In this document: positions 28,416 through 39,178 of the stretch, one piece after another
How the letters are laid out: every line of letters starts with the position of its first letter
Position numbering within the stretch: the first letter of the stretch is position 1
NCBI GenBank assembly: GCA_963700285.1
Contig: CAVOXA010000010.1
Location: 1,952,001 to 2,016,000, forward strand
DNA: 64,000 nucleotides
Source of the DNA: an uncultured Chloroflexia bacterium
GTDB taxonomy: Bacteria > Chloroflexota > Anaerolineae > JAAYZQ01
Direction of reading: 5' to 3'
Notes under the pieces: model-generated
Database searches by the model: none
Told to the model about the DNA's origin: nothing
Seen by the model: the letters and a program-made list of their open reading frames with translations, nothing else
Made by a program: the position numbers and the translations under genes

Positions 28416-28477
28416 AATAGTCCGCGTCCCAATCCACAGACGCGGACTATTATAACAGTTTTTGTAGGGAGGGCCAA
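28416..28477 (-). promoter_or_regulatory. Putative promoter with overlapping perfect 13-bp inverted repeat
   Basis: TTGGCC-N17-TATAAT (28477-28449); AATAGTCCGCGTC-N10-GACGCGGACTATT (28416-28451). Confidence 0.55.
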
Positions 28478-28606
28478 TCCTGGCGATACCTCGTGTTTAG
28501 TCCATGCGCGGCCGCTGCCAGATCAGAGAAGAGACCACCACCATCACGACCAGCGCGAGACATGTTTCGTGGTGCGTGTTTCGCTGTTCATCCCTCGTCC
28601 GTCGTC

Positions 28607-29761
28607 CTACAGCGGCTTTTCGTAGACGCGATACGTCTTGTAGATCTCGCCCCCCAGGCGATCGATGATGCGGTTCATCATGTCGTTGGATTCCAGAATC
28701 CACGACATCTCGCAGCGCAGGTAGCCCTTGCGGAAGGCGGACCGCGCCGTCTCGACGTACAGCAGGGCGTCGATGCCCATGCCGCGGTACTCGGGCACCA
28801 CGCCCAGGATCAGCGTCCGCAGCGAATCCACCTTGCGCCGGTACCACAGGAACTTGGCCAATGTCCAGGGCAGGCTCCAATTGTTGGGTTGCGGTCGGGC
28901 CTTGACCATGGCCTGGTACACGTTAGGGATAGTGATGCCCACACCCGCCGGCTTGCCGTCCACCAGGGCAAAGACGACCAGGTCAGGATCGAGGATCATT
29001 TTGAGCTCCTTGGCCAGGTGCTCGATCTCGTGGTCGGTGAAGGGCACAAAGCCCCAGTTCACCTCCCATGCCTCGTTGTAGACGGCCTTGGCCAGCAGCA
29101 CATCAGCATCAAACTGCTTCATATTCAGGGGCCGGACCTCCAGGTCCTCCCGCTGCTTGGCCTGCTCGGCCACGCGGATGAACTTGCGCGGCAGCTTTTG
29201 CACGTCGAGGTCAAAGATGTTGGTCAGAAGATCCCAGGCGTACAAGTCCTGGGCCTTTTGGAAACCGGAACCTTCGACCAGGCCCTGGTAGTACCTGGGG
29301 TTGTACATCATCATCACCACGCGCGGCTCGTCAAAACCGTCGACCAGCAGGCCGACCTCTTCGTTCTGCGAGGGGTTTTCGGGCCCGCGGATGGCGTCCA
29401 TGCCCTGCTCCCGCAGCCAGCCCGAGGCTGCATCAAACAGCGCATCGGCTACAGCCTGGTCATCGATGGTCTCAAAGAAGCCAAAAAAGCCGACTTTGTC
29501 CCCGTGGATCTGGTTGTGGCGGTGGTTGACGTGGGCGCTGATGGTACCCACAAGCTCCTCACCGCACTTGGCCAGGAAGAGCTGCTGATCGGCATGCTCC
29601 CAGAAGGGATGTTTGCCCGGGGTGAGCAGGGCCAGGTGGTCCATAAAGATGGGCGGTACCCAGAGGGGATCGTCCTTGTAGATGCGCCAGGGGAACTTGG
29701 CGAATTCCTTGCGCTGGTCCTCGCTGGTGACGGGGATGATGCGAACATCGGATGCTGTCAT
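28607..29761 (-). CDS. YghO-like GNAT N-acetyltransferase
   Basis: 'DPLWVPP', 'GFFGFFE', 'GLLVDGF', 'NWGFVP', 'EMSWILESN'. Confidence 0.85.
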   Translation of the reverse strand: MTASDVRIIPVTSEDQRKEFAKFPWRIYKDDPLWVPPIFMDHLALLTPGKHPFWEHADQQLFLAKCGEELVGTISAHVNHRHNQIHGDKVGFFGFFETIDDQAVADALFDAASGWLREQGMDAIRGPENPSQNEEVGLLVDGFDEPRVVMMMYNPRYYQGLVEGSGFQKAQDLYAWDLLTNIFDLDVQKLPRKFIRVAEQAKQREDLEVRPLNMKQFDADVLLAKAVYNEAWEVNWGFVPFTDHEIEHLAKELKMILDPDLVVFALVDGKPAGVGITIPNVYQAMVKARPQPNNWSLPWTLAKFLWYRRKVDSLRTLILGVVPEYRGMGIDALLYVETARSAFRKGYLRCEMSWILESNDMMNRIIDRLGGEIYKTYRVYEKPL

Positions 29762-30178
29762 GGGTTGTCTCCTCTCCCTGGTCCTATCGTGGCAGGACTC
29801 AGTACCCTACGCCTGGCGCCGCTGCTGTGCTGGCTGTGCGTGCCAGTAGGGATTATACTCGAAAAGCGGGGGCAGGGCAAACGGGCACTGGCGGGCTATG
29901 GGGAAAGATTCACCGCGAAGGTGCAAAGAGCGCCAAGTACCCTTATACCATTGCTCGAGCCAGATCACGGATCTGGCGGTTCAAGACCGGTGGACGCTAC
30001 ACGCCTGATGTTCCCGCATGCTTTTGGCGGGAATCCATGCCACCGGCAACCGTCACCGCGAAGCCATCGAACGAGTTTCCGCCAAGGCCCCTCAGCCTGA
30101 GTTCGGCAGGACGTTCCATCAAAGACACCGATTTCTCGCTCTGGTCGATGTTGAACAAGCCAGGAGGAAGGTGCCTGT

Positions 30179-30207
30179 TTGACTTTTTGGCAGCCACAGG
30201 CTAGAAT
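30179..30207 (+). promoter_or_regulatory. Putative sigma70 promoter for dtd-iscA-pyrFE
   Basis: TTGACT-N17-TAGAAT ~190 bp upstream of dtd. Confidence 0.6.
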
Positions 30208-30400
30208 GACAACACCAGTGTATGCTTGAGACTGATGGTTTGAATGCAAAGGTCGCACTGGCTCTTCCAGGCCAGCGCGAGACCAGAAACCGTTGGACTA
30301 TGGCGAGCACCGCCTGCTTCACGGCGGTACGGTTGAGTCACCATGCCAACGCTCAGCTTAGGATATGCACTAGGGCACCAAGGAGAGGAACAGAGGAGCC

Positions 30401-30856
30401 ATGCGAGCGGTCATCCAGCGCGTGCAGAAAGGACAGGTTGCCGTTGAGGGCAAGCCCATCGGCGCCATTGGTCCGGGTCTGGTCATTCTCCTGGGAGCCG
30501 GCCACGGCGATGGTCAGGCTGAGGCCAGCCGCCTGGCGGCCAAGATCGCCAACCTGCGCATCTTTTCTGACGGCGAGGGGAAAACCAACCTCTCCATCCT
30601 CGACGTGGGCGGTGAGGCCCTGGTAATTTCCCAGTTCACCTTGTACGCCGACTGCCGCAAAGGCCGGCGGCCCAGCTTTGTCCACGCCGCTCCGCCCGAC
30701 GTTGCCGCCCCCCTCGTGGACGATTTCGCCAGCCAGTTGCGGCAGGCCGGCATCGGCCGCGTTGCCACCGGCGAGTTTGGGGCCTCGATGCTCGTAGAGA
30801 TTCACAATGATGGTCCATTTACCATCATTTTGGACACGGACGATCTCAATCGCTAG
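30401..30856 (+). CDS. dtd: D-aminoacyl-tRNA deacylase
   Basis: 'MRAVIQRV', 'SQFTL', 'GRRPSF', 'NDGPFT'. Confidence 0.96.
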   Translation: MRAVIQRVQKGQVAVEGKPIGAIGPGLVILLGAGHGDGQAEASRLAAKIANLRIFSDGEGKTNLSILDVGGEALVISQFTLYADCRKGRRPSFVHAAPPDVAAPLVDDFASQLRQAGIGRVATGEFGASMLVEIHNDGPFTIILDTDDLNR

Positions 30857-30894
30857 TGGGGCCGTGCTCCCAACCATGGAAAGGAGATGGGCAG

Positions 30895-31254
30895 ATGATC
30901 ACATTGACCGAGGCGGCGGCGAACCAGCTACAAAGCCTGCTCGCGCAGAAAGACCTGCCGGATCAGGGCCTGCGGGTCTTTGTTCAAGCTGGCGGCTGCG
31001 CTGGCTTCCAGTATGGGATGAGCTATGAAAATGCGGCCCGGGAAGACGATGCCGTCATTGAGAACGAGGGGGTCCGGCTCTTTGTCGATCCTTTCAGCGC
31101 TCAGTTGTTGGCTGGGGCTCGCATCGACTACCAGGATACCCTGATGGGCACCGGTTTTCAGGTGGACAATCCCAACGCTGTAGCCTCTTGCGCCTGCGGC
31201 ATTTCTTTCCGTACCGAAGGCAGCAGGAAAGTGGAAACGACCTGCAACCAGTGA
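30895..31254 (+). CDS. A-type Fe-S cluster carrier (IscA/ErpA family)
   Basis: 'GGCAGFQY', 'NPNAVASCACGISF'. Confidence 0.93.
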   Translation: MITLTEAAANQLQSLLAQKDLPDQGLRVFVQAGGCAGFQYGMSYENAAREDDAVIENEGVRLFVDPFSAQLLAGARIDYQDTLMGTGFQVDNPNAVASCACGISFRTEGSRKVETTCNQ

Positions 31255-31289
31255 TCCTGAAAGGCAATGTGTAGACCACGGGGGGAAGG

Positions 31290-32741
31290 ATGGGATTTTA
31301 TCAGCAGTTGGAAGGGGCAGCCAAACGGAACCAGAGTCTGCTCTGCGTCGGGCTGGATCCAAGGCCAGAGCGCCTGTCGGCTGGGGATGACCTTTTCAGC
31401 TTCAACCAGCGGGTCATAGACGCCACGCGGGACCTGGTCTGTGCCTACAAACCAAACTTTGCCTTTTACGAGTCTGCGGGCCCGGAGGGGCTGGAGGCCC
31501 TGCGCCGGACCGTGGCCTATGTCCACAACACCGCCGGTGTGCCGGTCATTTTGGACGCCAAGCGGGGTGATATCGGTTCTACAGCGGAGGCGTACGCCCG
31601 CGCGGCCTTTGAGGTCTGGGGCGCTGATGCCCTCACAGTGAACCCCTACCTGGGGAGCGATTCAGTAGCCCCGTTTACCGCCTACGCGGAGCGGGGCGTT
31701 TTTCTGCTATGCCACACCTCGAACCCGGGAGCGACCGACCTGCAGACCCTCCCTTGCCCTGACCGGCCGCTGTACGAGATTGTGGCCGAAAAGGCTGCAG
31801 TCTGGGACACGGGACTTGTCGTAGGTGCGACCTATCCCCAAGCCCTGGCCCGTATCCGCGCCCTGGCTCCCGAGGCATGGATCCTTCTGCCCGGCGTCGG
31901 TGCTCAAGGCGGCGACCTGGAGGCGGCGTTGGGAGCTGGACTGCGTACAGATGGCTTGGGCGTGGTTGTGAATGCTTCGCGGGGAGTCATCTATGCCGGC
32001 GATCCCCGCCAGGCGGCTTGGGACCTGCGCCGGCAGATAAACGCCGCGAGACCGAGTGTCGTAGCCGAAGGCGCTGGTTCTGATGTATCCTGGCCAACTC
32101 CCCACGCGGTACGCTCATCAAAAGCCGAGTTGGCCCTGGCCCTGGCCGACATCGGCGCCGTCAAGTTCGGCGAGTTCACCCTGGCCTCGGGCAAGAAATC
32201 TCCGATCTACATCGACCTGCGGTTGCTGGCTTCCCACCCCGATGTTCTGCGCCAGGTTGCCCACGCCTATACGCGGCTGATAGAGGAGATCTTGGCGATT
32301 GGGGATGCAAAAGCGGCCCGGAGCCTGGATGGGCTTCGCCTGGCTGCCATTCCCTACGCGGCGCTACCCATCGGTACGGCAGTAGCGCTGGAGCTGGGCT
32401 TGCCCATGATCTACCCCCGCAAAGAGGTCAAAGCTTACGGCACCGCGCAGCAGATCGAGGGCAGATATAACCCGGGCGAGCGGGCCGTGGTACTGGACGA
32501 TCTGATCACTACCGGTGGAAGCAAGCTGGCAGCCATCGAGCCACTGGAAGCAGCCGGGCTGGAGGTTCAGGATGTCGTGGTACTCATTGACCGCGAGGAG
32601 GGTGGGCGTGAGGAATTAAGAGACGCCGGCTACCGGCTGCATACAGTACTGTGCCTGGGCGAAATTCTGGATCTGTTGGTCGAAGCAGGACGAATCAGCA
32701 AGACGCAGCAACGTCAAGTCCTGGCCATCTTGAGAGGTTGA
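31290..32741 (+). CDS. pyrF: Bifunctional OMP decarboxylase / orotate phosphoribosyltransferase (PyrF-PyrE fusion)
   Basis: 'LCVGLDP', 'KPNFAFYE', 'DAKRGDIGST' then 'FTLASGKKSPIYIDLR', 'LDDLITTGGS'. Confidence 0.93.
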   Translation: MGFYQQLEGAAKRNQSLLCVGLDPRPERLSAGDDLFSFNQRVIDATRDLVCAYKPNFAFYESAGPEGLEALRRTVAYVHNTAGVPVILDAKRGDIGSTAEAYARAAFEVWGADALTVNPYLGSDSVAPFTAYAERGVFLLCHTSNPGATDLQTLPCPDRPLYEIVAEKAAVWDTGLVVGATYPQALARIRALAPEAWILLPGVGAQGGDLEAALGAGLRTDGLGVVVNASRGVIYAGDPRQAAWDLRRQINAARPSVVAEGAGSDVSWPTPHAVRSSKAELALALADIGAVKFGEFTLASGKKSPIYIDLRLLASHPDVLRQVAHAYTRLIEEILAIGDAKAARSLDGLRLAAIPYAALPIGTAVALELGLPMIYPRKEVKAYGTAQQIEGRYNPGERAVVLDDLITTGGSKLAAIEPLEAAGLEVQDVVVLIDREEGGREELRDAGYRLHTVLCLGEILDLLVEAGRISKTQQRQVLAILRG

Positions 32742-32747
32742 GGCAGG

Positions 32748-32811
32748 CATCTTCTGCAAGGTTCTTCTGCAGACATCTTCTGCAAGGTTCTTCTGCAGAC
32801 ATCTTCTGCAA
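32748..32811. repeat. Tandem repeat, 13/26-bp period
   Basis: CATCTTCTGCAAGGTTCTTCTGCAGA x ~2.5; five TCTTCTGCA cores at 13-bp spacing. Confidence 0.9.
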
Positions 32812-32828
32812 ACTATTTCTGCCGGCAT

Positions 32829-33782
32829 CTACTCGCCAATTGCATCGAGGATGGCCTGAGCCATCTGGGCAGGCGTCAGTCCATGGTGCTCCAGCAATTC
32901 GTCGGCAGTCCCCGATTGCCCGAACGTATCTCGTACACCCAAACGGAGCAAGGGGGGCGTGCCCCGAACCTCGGAGAGTGTCTCCGCAACAGCACTGCCC
33001 AAGCCGCCACTGACCCAGTGCTCCTCCATCGTCACACCAAGTTCCTTGCCGCCAGCGGCGGCGAGGATTGCTTCTGTGTTCAATGGTTTGATCGTGGCCA
33101 CATTCAGTACGGTGGACTCGAAGCCCTGACCTGCCAGAATTTCCGCGGTATCTATGGCAATGGCGGTCATGATGCCCGTGGCATAGATGGCGATGCTGTC
33201 CCCCTCGCGCATCACGGGAACCGCACCGATTCGGAACCGGTAATCCTCGCCAAAGATGATGGGTGTCGGGTACCGCCCCAGACGGATGTATGCCGGCGTT
33301 GTGATCTCGGCTGCTGCCAATATGGCCTTGTAGGCTTCGGTGGCATCGGCAGGAACCAGCACGGTCATGCCTGGCAGCAGTCGGGTCAACGCAATGTCAT
33401 CGAGAGATTGGTGGGTGGCACCATCGGGGCCCTGGGTCAGGCCAGCACTGACGCCAACGATTTTGACATTCTCCTGCCCGTAACTGAGCTGGAGCCGGAT
33501 CTGATCGTAGGCGCGGCCCGGGATGAACATGGCAAAGGAGGTGGCAAATACGGTCAGGCCGGTGGCGGCCATGCCGGCCGCGGTGCAGACCATGTCGGCC
33601 TCGGCAATACCCATGTCAAAAAATCTCTCCGGGTGCGCCTGCCCAAAATCGTAGGTCTTGTTTGACCGCTGGAGGTCAGAGTCCAGCACGACAATATCCT
33701 GGCGCTGGCGGCCTAGCTCTAGCAAGGCTTCACCGTACGCGTCGCGCGTCTCTACCCTGTCGCCCGGCTTCCACCTTATCAT
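32829..33782 (-). CDS. Transketolase C-terminal (pyrimidine-binding) subunit
   Basis: 'FDMGIAEADM', 'GPDGATHQ', 'EEHWVSGGLGS'. Confidence 0.92.
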   Translation of the reverse strand: MIRWKPGDRVETRDAYGEALLELGRQRQDIVVLDSDLQRSNKTYDFGQAHPERFFDMGIAEADMVCTAAGMAATGLTVFATSFAMFIPGRAYDQIRLQLSYGQENVKIVGVSAGLTQGPDGATHQSLDDIALTRLLPGMTVLVPADATEAYKAILAAAEITTPAYIRLGRYPTPIIFGEDYRFRIGAVPVMREGDSIAIYATGIMTAIAIDTAEILAGQGFESTVLNVATIKPLNTEAILAAAGGKELGVTMEEHWVSGGLGSAVAETLSEVRGTPPLLRLGVRDTFGQSGTADELLEHHGLTPAQMAQAILDAIGE

Positions 33783-34618
33783 GCTACCTCCTCGTCCGGT
33801 GCCAGCAGCCGCATGGCTTCTGCCCACTGCTCCTCGGTGATGGCGGCATTGTGGAACTGAAACTTGCCTTCCATGAATGAGACCCCTTTGCCCTTGACCG
33901 TCTTGGCGATAATCACCGTAGGCTTGCCCTTGACGACCTCAGCCTCGTCCAGCGCGTCACAGATCTGGCGCAGGTTGTGCCCGTCCACGGTTATTGCCTG
34001 CCAACCAAACGCTTCCCATTTTGGAGCCAAGGGCTCTAGCTGTTTGGCCTCGTCCACCTGGCCCTGACTCTTTAGGCTATTCCTGTCCACGATGGCGCAC
34101 AGGTTGTCGAGCCGGTGGGTCGAACTCCCCATTGCTGCTTCCCAGACCTGGCCCTCGTGCAGCTCACCGTCGCCCAAGAGGCAGTATACCCGGATGCCCA
34201 GTTTGCGGATCCGGGCCGCCATGGCGATCCCGTTGGCAAACGACAACCCTTGGCCCAACGATCCGGTGCAAGCCTCAAGGCCCGCTGTCATGCAGGCATT
34301 GGGATGGCCTTGGAGGACGCTGCCCATCTGCTTCAGAGTAGCCAAGTCCTTCATGGAAAGGACGCCCATCTTGGCCAGGGCTGCATACTGTGTCGGGACC
34401 GTGTGCCCCTTGCTCATCACGAAACGATCTCGATCGTCCCACGCGGGATCGGATGGATCATAGCGCATTTTGTAAAAATACAGAGCGGTGATCAGCTCCA
34501 CGATGGACAGGGAGCCGCCAAAATGATGAGGCTTGTCCGCACCCATCATCCTGATAATGTGGTAGCGCAGCTCGCGGGCGGTAGCCTCAAGCTCGGCCAG
34601 CTTGCGATCGTCAACCAT
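33779..34618 (-). CDS. Transketolase N-terminal subunit
   Basis: 'HFGGSLS', 'DRFVMSKGH', 'TGSLGQG', 'GDGELHEG'. Confidence 0.92.
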   Translation of the reverse strand: MVDDRKLAELEATARELRYHIIRMMGADKPHHFGGSLSIVELITALYFYKMRYDPSDPAWDDRDRFVMSKGHTVPTQYAALAKMGVLSMKDLATLKQMGSVLQGHPNACMTAGLEACTGSLGQGLSFANGIAMAARIRKLGIRVYCLLGDGELHEGQVWEAAMGSSTHRLDNLCAIVDRNSLKSQGQVDEAKQLEPLAPKWEAFGWQAITVDGHNLRQICDALDEAEVVKGKPTVIIAKTVKGKGVSFMEGKFQFHNAAITEEQWAEAMRLLAPDEEVA

Positions 34619-34663
34619 TGGGTTGCCTCCAACCTCTTTTTCCCTTCACCTGGGGAGAGATTC

Positions 34664-35704
34664 TCAATCCACTGGATACAGCAGGATCTTGTGCGCTTCC
34701 AGCGCTTCGAGCTTGTGGAAAGCTTCTTCCCAGCGGGTGATGGGCCAGATCTCGCTGATCAGAGACTCGGTATCGATCTTGCCCTGGCTCATCAACCCGA
34801 GACAGGTTTCCCAGGTCGTCCAGGTATGGCTGAAGGCGCCTTGATAGGTGACGACTTTGGCCACGATCTCGTCCAGGGTCAGGTTCACAGGCTGCAAGGA
34901 CCAACCTATCTTGGTGATCTGTCCATTCTGGCGGACGATCTCCAGCGACTGCTGAATTGCTGGCGGCACGCCGGCGGCATCAATCACCAGGTGCGCGCCC
35001 AGCCCGTCTCCAAGCCCCTGGACGACCTCCACCGGGTCCTGCTCGCCTACATCGACCGTGATATCGGCGCCAAGTCTGGCAGCTAGCTCGAGCCGGGCGC
35101 CATCTCGCTTCGTACCAGTGACCACAATGGTTCCGGCGCCCGAGAGCTTGGCCACCTGGAGCGCAAACAAGCCTACAGGCCCGGGGCCGATGATGACCAC
35201 GACGTCACCCGGGGTTACGCGGCTCTTCTCAGCAACGGCGTTATAGGCCACGCAGATCGGCTCGGTCATTGCCGCGGCTTGGTAGCTTACCCCATCGGGG
35301 AGATGGTGGAGCCGGAGATACTTGGCCCGGACATACTTGGTAAAGGCCCCATCCACGGCAAAGCCGAAGGCTCTTCGCTCCGGGCAGACGTTGTACGAGC
35401 CTGAACGGCAGAGGGCACAGACGCCGCAGGTTTCGGCCGCGGTTTCGCAGGTTACCCGGTCGCCGGCGGCAAAGCCCTTGACCTGCGACCCGACCTCTAC
35501 GATCTCCCCTGACCATTCGTGCCCCAAGATGACGGGTGGGCGGGCAAGAAGGGTAAGCTGGCCGTGGTACATGTGTGGCTCGCTGCCACAGATCCCGCAG
35601 TACTTGACCTCAACCAGGCATTCCTCTGGGCCGATGGAGGGTACCGGAACATCGCGGATCTCAACGGACTTGTCGATCTTGTCATAGAGGACAACTGCTT
35701 TCAT
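34664..35704 (-). CDS. Zn-dependent (sugar/polyol) alcohol dehydrogenase
   Basis: 'CGICGSE', 'GHEWSG', 'CGVCALC..C', 'GPGPVG'. Confidence 0.9.
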   Translation of the reverse strand: MKAVVLYDKIDKSVEIRDVPVPSIGPEECLVEVKYCGICGSEPHMYHGQLTLLARPPVILGHEWSGEIVEVGSQVKGFAAGDRVTCETAAETCGVCALCRSGSYNVCPERRAFGFAVDGAFTKYVRAKYLRLHHLPDGVSYQAAAMTEPICVAYNAVAEKSRVTPGDVVVIIGPGPVGLFALQVAKLSGAGTIVVTGTKRDGARLELAARLGADITVDVGEQDPVEVVQGLGDGLGAHLVIDAAGVPPAIQQSLEIVRQNGQITKIGWSLQPVNLTLDEIVAKVVTYQGAFSHTWTTWETCLGLMSQGKIDTESLISEIWPITRWEEAFHKLEALEAHKILLYPVD

Positions 35705-35729
35705 GAGTTCAATCCCCTTCGTCTTTTGT

Positions 35730-36525
35730 CTAAGCCGCCGTCCAGCCGCCATCCACGTAGAGGACATGGCCCGTAATAAAGTTGGACGCCGGCGACGCCA
35801 AAAAGACCGCAGCGCCGAAAAGATCCCAGATCTGGCCAACCCGGCCCATAGGGATGCGGCTCAGGACCCATTCGCGCGTAGGCGGATCGTCGAGCATAAA
35901 GGCGTTCAGGTCCGTGCGGATGAATGTCGGGGCGATGGCATTGACATTGATGCCCTTTTGGGCCCACTCGATGGCCAGTGACTTGGTCAGAAGGTTGATC
36001 GCCCCCTTGCTGGCCGGGTAGGCCGGATCATTGGCCCGGCCCTGCATGCCCCGCACCGAGGACATGTTGATGATCTTGCCCTGTTTCTGGCGGAGCATGA
36101 CCTTGCCCACTTCTTTGCAGCAGAGGAAGGTGCCTTCCAGATTCACACGGATAATCTTGCGCCATTCCTCCATGGGGAACTCGATGGTCGGTTTGAGGCT
36201 TACGATGCCCGCCGAGTTCACCAGGATGTCAATGCGCCCAAACTCGTCGAGCATGCTGCTGGACCATCGACTGAACCTGCGCCTCGTCGGTGATATCGAC
36301 GGCAAGTGGCAGGGCGCGCCGTCCTAGTGAACGGATCTCCTCGGCCACGGCTTCCACGTCAGCTAGCGTGCGGCTGACCGGGGTCACGTGGGCGCCCGCT
36401 GCTGCCAGGGCCAGGGCGATGCCGCGCCCCAGACCACGGCTGCCCCCGGTGACAACGGCTACCTTATCGGTCAGCGAAAACAGACCGGGAACGGCCTCAA
36501 GTTTTTCGCCAGGTATCTTTTCCAT
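35730..36525 (-). CDS. SDR, KduD/gluconate 5-dehydrogenase-like (frameshift ~36250)
   Basis: 'TGGSRGLG', 'YPASKG', 'VDGGWTA'. Confidence 0.88.
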
Positions 36526-36669
36526 CCTCCCCTCCAAATAGTAGGAGCGAGGTCTCCCCGGCAGAACCTGTGCACCTCAACGCTCTATTGTCCTTCGTAA
36601 AACGTTGCCTTGCGCGTTCCGTATTCGGGATGCCTCGCTCCTGGATTGCGAAAGCCTCTACGGCTCGTC

Positions 36670-37374
36670 CTAATCCTCCAGCACGGCCACAGCCCGGATG
36701 GGTGAGCCGCTGCCGTTGCGGATCTTGAGCGGCAAGCCGATGAACTGGAAGCGCTTGCCTACCACCGGTCGCAGGTCGCCCAGATTCTCGATGTTCAGCG
36801 TCTGCATTTCGCGGCAGACCTGGTGTGCTGGGTAGCTCGTGGTCCCGGCGCAGTCGTGGCTGGGCGCATCCTGGCCGATGTTGATCGCTCCCGAGCCATA
36901 GATGATACTCGGCGGCCTCGCGGCTCAGCCCTGGATAGTCGGTCAGCCAGGCGTCGGTGCCCCAGGTTCGCACATAGTGGCCCGAGTACATGAGTACCGT
37001 GTCGCCCTTGCGGATGTCCAGGCCGTGCTTGTCTAGCGCGGCTTTGATGTCCGCCACCGTGTACTCGGTCTTGGGCGGGATGTGCGACAGGTCGATACAG
37101 ATGCCCCCGGTGTAGAACCAGTCAAGGGGGATCTCGTCGATGGTGGGCGCGCCCGGGGAGGGATCGATGTGGCTGATCGAGTCTACGTGGGTCGTGACCG
37201 TGGGTGCTCATCTCGATCTTTTCGGCCGTATAGCTATAGTTCTCGGTGAACCGACCAGACTTGACCGTCTCTTCGTGGGTGGCCACGACAGTGACCTCGG
37301 TCTCAGGATGACCCGGCCAGACCGGCGGCGCCCGTGTAGATTTCCTGGCTCAAGTCAATCAGCTTGTAGCCCAT
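36670..37374 (-). CDS. Cyclase/kynurenine formamidase-family hydrolase (frameshifted)
   Basis: Manual translation 'MGYKLIDLSQEIY', 'HG.THVDSISH', 'IENLGDL', 'LPLKIRNGSGSPIRAVA'. Confidence 0.85.
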
Positions 37375-37557
37375 ACATTTCCTCGCTTTCATATGCGTCA
37401 ATCCATCCTCACCAGGTTGCCATCCCTGGATGGAAGGGAGATCTCATCCTTCTCCTTGAAGGAGAGACTAGGCGAGGGTGAGACCCCAATGCTTCGATGA
37501 TTGGCAGCTTTGCCGGAGCCTCACCCTCCCCCAGCCCCTCCTTCGGGGGGCTTGACC

Positions 37558-38000
37558 TCAAACTGTCTGGATGATCTCCAGCGACACACCATCTGGGTCA
37601 AAGAAGTAGGTCCAGCGCCAGCCTTCCATCGGGCCAGCGGGAATCGTCGCCGGCGGCGCGGTAAAACGCACACCGTGCGTCCAGCATCCGCTGGTACACG
37701 GCGTCGATGTCCTCCACCTGGAAGGCGATGTGCATCGCTCCGACATCGTTGTTGCTGCGATCGTAGGGCCGGCCCTTGGCGGTGACATACTCGATCAACT
37801 CTACCTGGGCCTCGTCCAGCCCGCAGGATGGCCAGTTTGACCTTGGCCTTGGCTACGCCCAGTGCCTTGGAGCGATCGTCGCCGCTGCGCTCGCTCTCCT
37901 CGGTCATCACCAGTTCCAGGCCCAGTACGTCGCGGTAGAACGCGATAGATCGTTCCAGGTCGCTGACAGTGATGCAGGTGTGATGGACGCCCTTGATCAT
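37558..38000 (-). CDS. VOC/glyoxalase-family protein (frameshifted)
   Basis: 'HHTCITVSDLERSIAFYRDVLG', 'MHIAFQVEDID', 'FFDPDGVSLEI'. Confidence 0.85.
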
Positions 38001-38079
38001 AACTGTCTCCAAAGATCCTCCAGGTCTGGGGAGACGGGGCAGCTGGCGCCACCCCGTCTTTTCGTCTGTCCAGGCTGGC

Positions 38080-39173
38080 CTAGAGACCGATCTTGTCTCC
38101 AAGATCCTCAACCCAGTCTCCGACCTTGTCTACCAAGGCTTCGATGGGATGATCGGCACGCTCTTTCTCTTCCAGTGCCCGCAGAACCACCTCGGGTGAG
38201 GCCGGGTACTGGTCGATCCAGACGCCGATTGCGTCGTGGATGGCGGCCATGATGGCCGGCGGTGGCCCATTGGTCGATCCTTCGGAAAAGCCCTTGGCAC
38301 CTTTGACGCCCATTGGGTGCGGGACTTCCTCAATAGCCCCACAGGAACTCGTCCGGATAGTCCATAAAGGTGGGCAGGGCATAGTCCGAAAAGTTCTCTG
38401 GCGCCCAGTCGGCATTCGGGATAGTAGGGGTAGGCGTTCTCGATGAGGGCCGTACCCAGACCGCAGTGCATGCCGCCGGTGATCTGCTGGCGCACCAGCA
38501 GCGGGTTGACCGCCTTGCCGACCTCCCACACCTGGGTCATCTTGGTCACATCGACCACGCCGGTTTCTGTGTCGACCTCGACCTCGACGACGCAGGCGCC
38601 AAAGGAGATGGCACCGACAGCAGGCATCGCGCCTGTCTCCGGGTCATGGGCGTGGAACCGGGCCGGCTGCCAGGCTCCCGTGCCCACCAGCAGGGCCGGA
38701 TCGTGCACCGCCGCCGAACATGGACGCTCCGCCGACCTCAGCCAGCGTCATCGAGCGGCCTTCGGGCAGCACCCTTGACAAAGACCTTGCCGTCTGCGTA
38801 TTCTAGGTCGTCCGGGTGTGCCTCCAGCAGGTCTGCGGCGTACTCGCGGATCTTTTTCTTTAGGTCCTCGGCGGCATTTTCCACCGCGTGAGGGTCGATC
38901 AGCGTCACACGACTGGCAAAGCTGCCCAGGCTCAGCGGGGCAAAGTCGTCGGCAAAGTTGCTGGCAAAGATGTTCTCGATGGGCACTTCCATGCAGTCGG
39001 CCGCGAACTGGCGGAGGATGGTGGTCGAGCCCTGGCCCAGGTCCACGGCGCCGACCAACAGGACCAGGGTGCCATCGGGTTTGAGTTGGATTGCTGCATT
39101 GCTGGGATCGCCTGCTCCCTTGTTGCCGCTGGGATGCAGAACGCAGAGCCATCCCGACACCTTTCTTTTTCAT
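38080..39173 (-). CDS. Mo-hydroxylase medium molybdopterin subunit (NdhM-like), frameshifted
   Basis: 'MKKKGVG', 'GAVDLGQGSTT', 'GSFASR', 'EVEVDTETG', 'GAKGFSEG'. Confidence 0.85.
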
Positions 39174-39178
39174 CGCTG

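Noticed and set aside
28493-30100. 535-aa plus-strand ORF and similar long antisense ORFs (e.g. 12543-13709, 26099-27244, 62569-63705)
   Set aside because: Shadow ORFs opposite well-supported genes in GC-rich DNA, with no recognisable motifs.
32748-32811. Possible CRISPR array
   Set aside because: Units are 13 bp with no unique spacers, and there are no cas genes.
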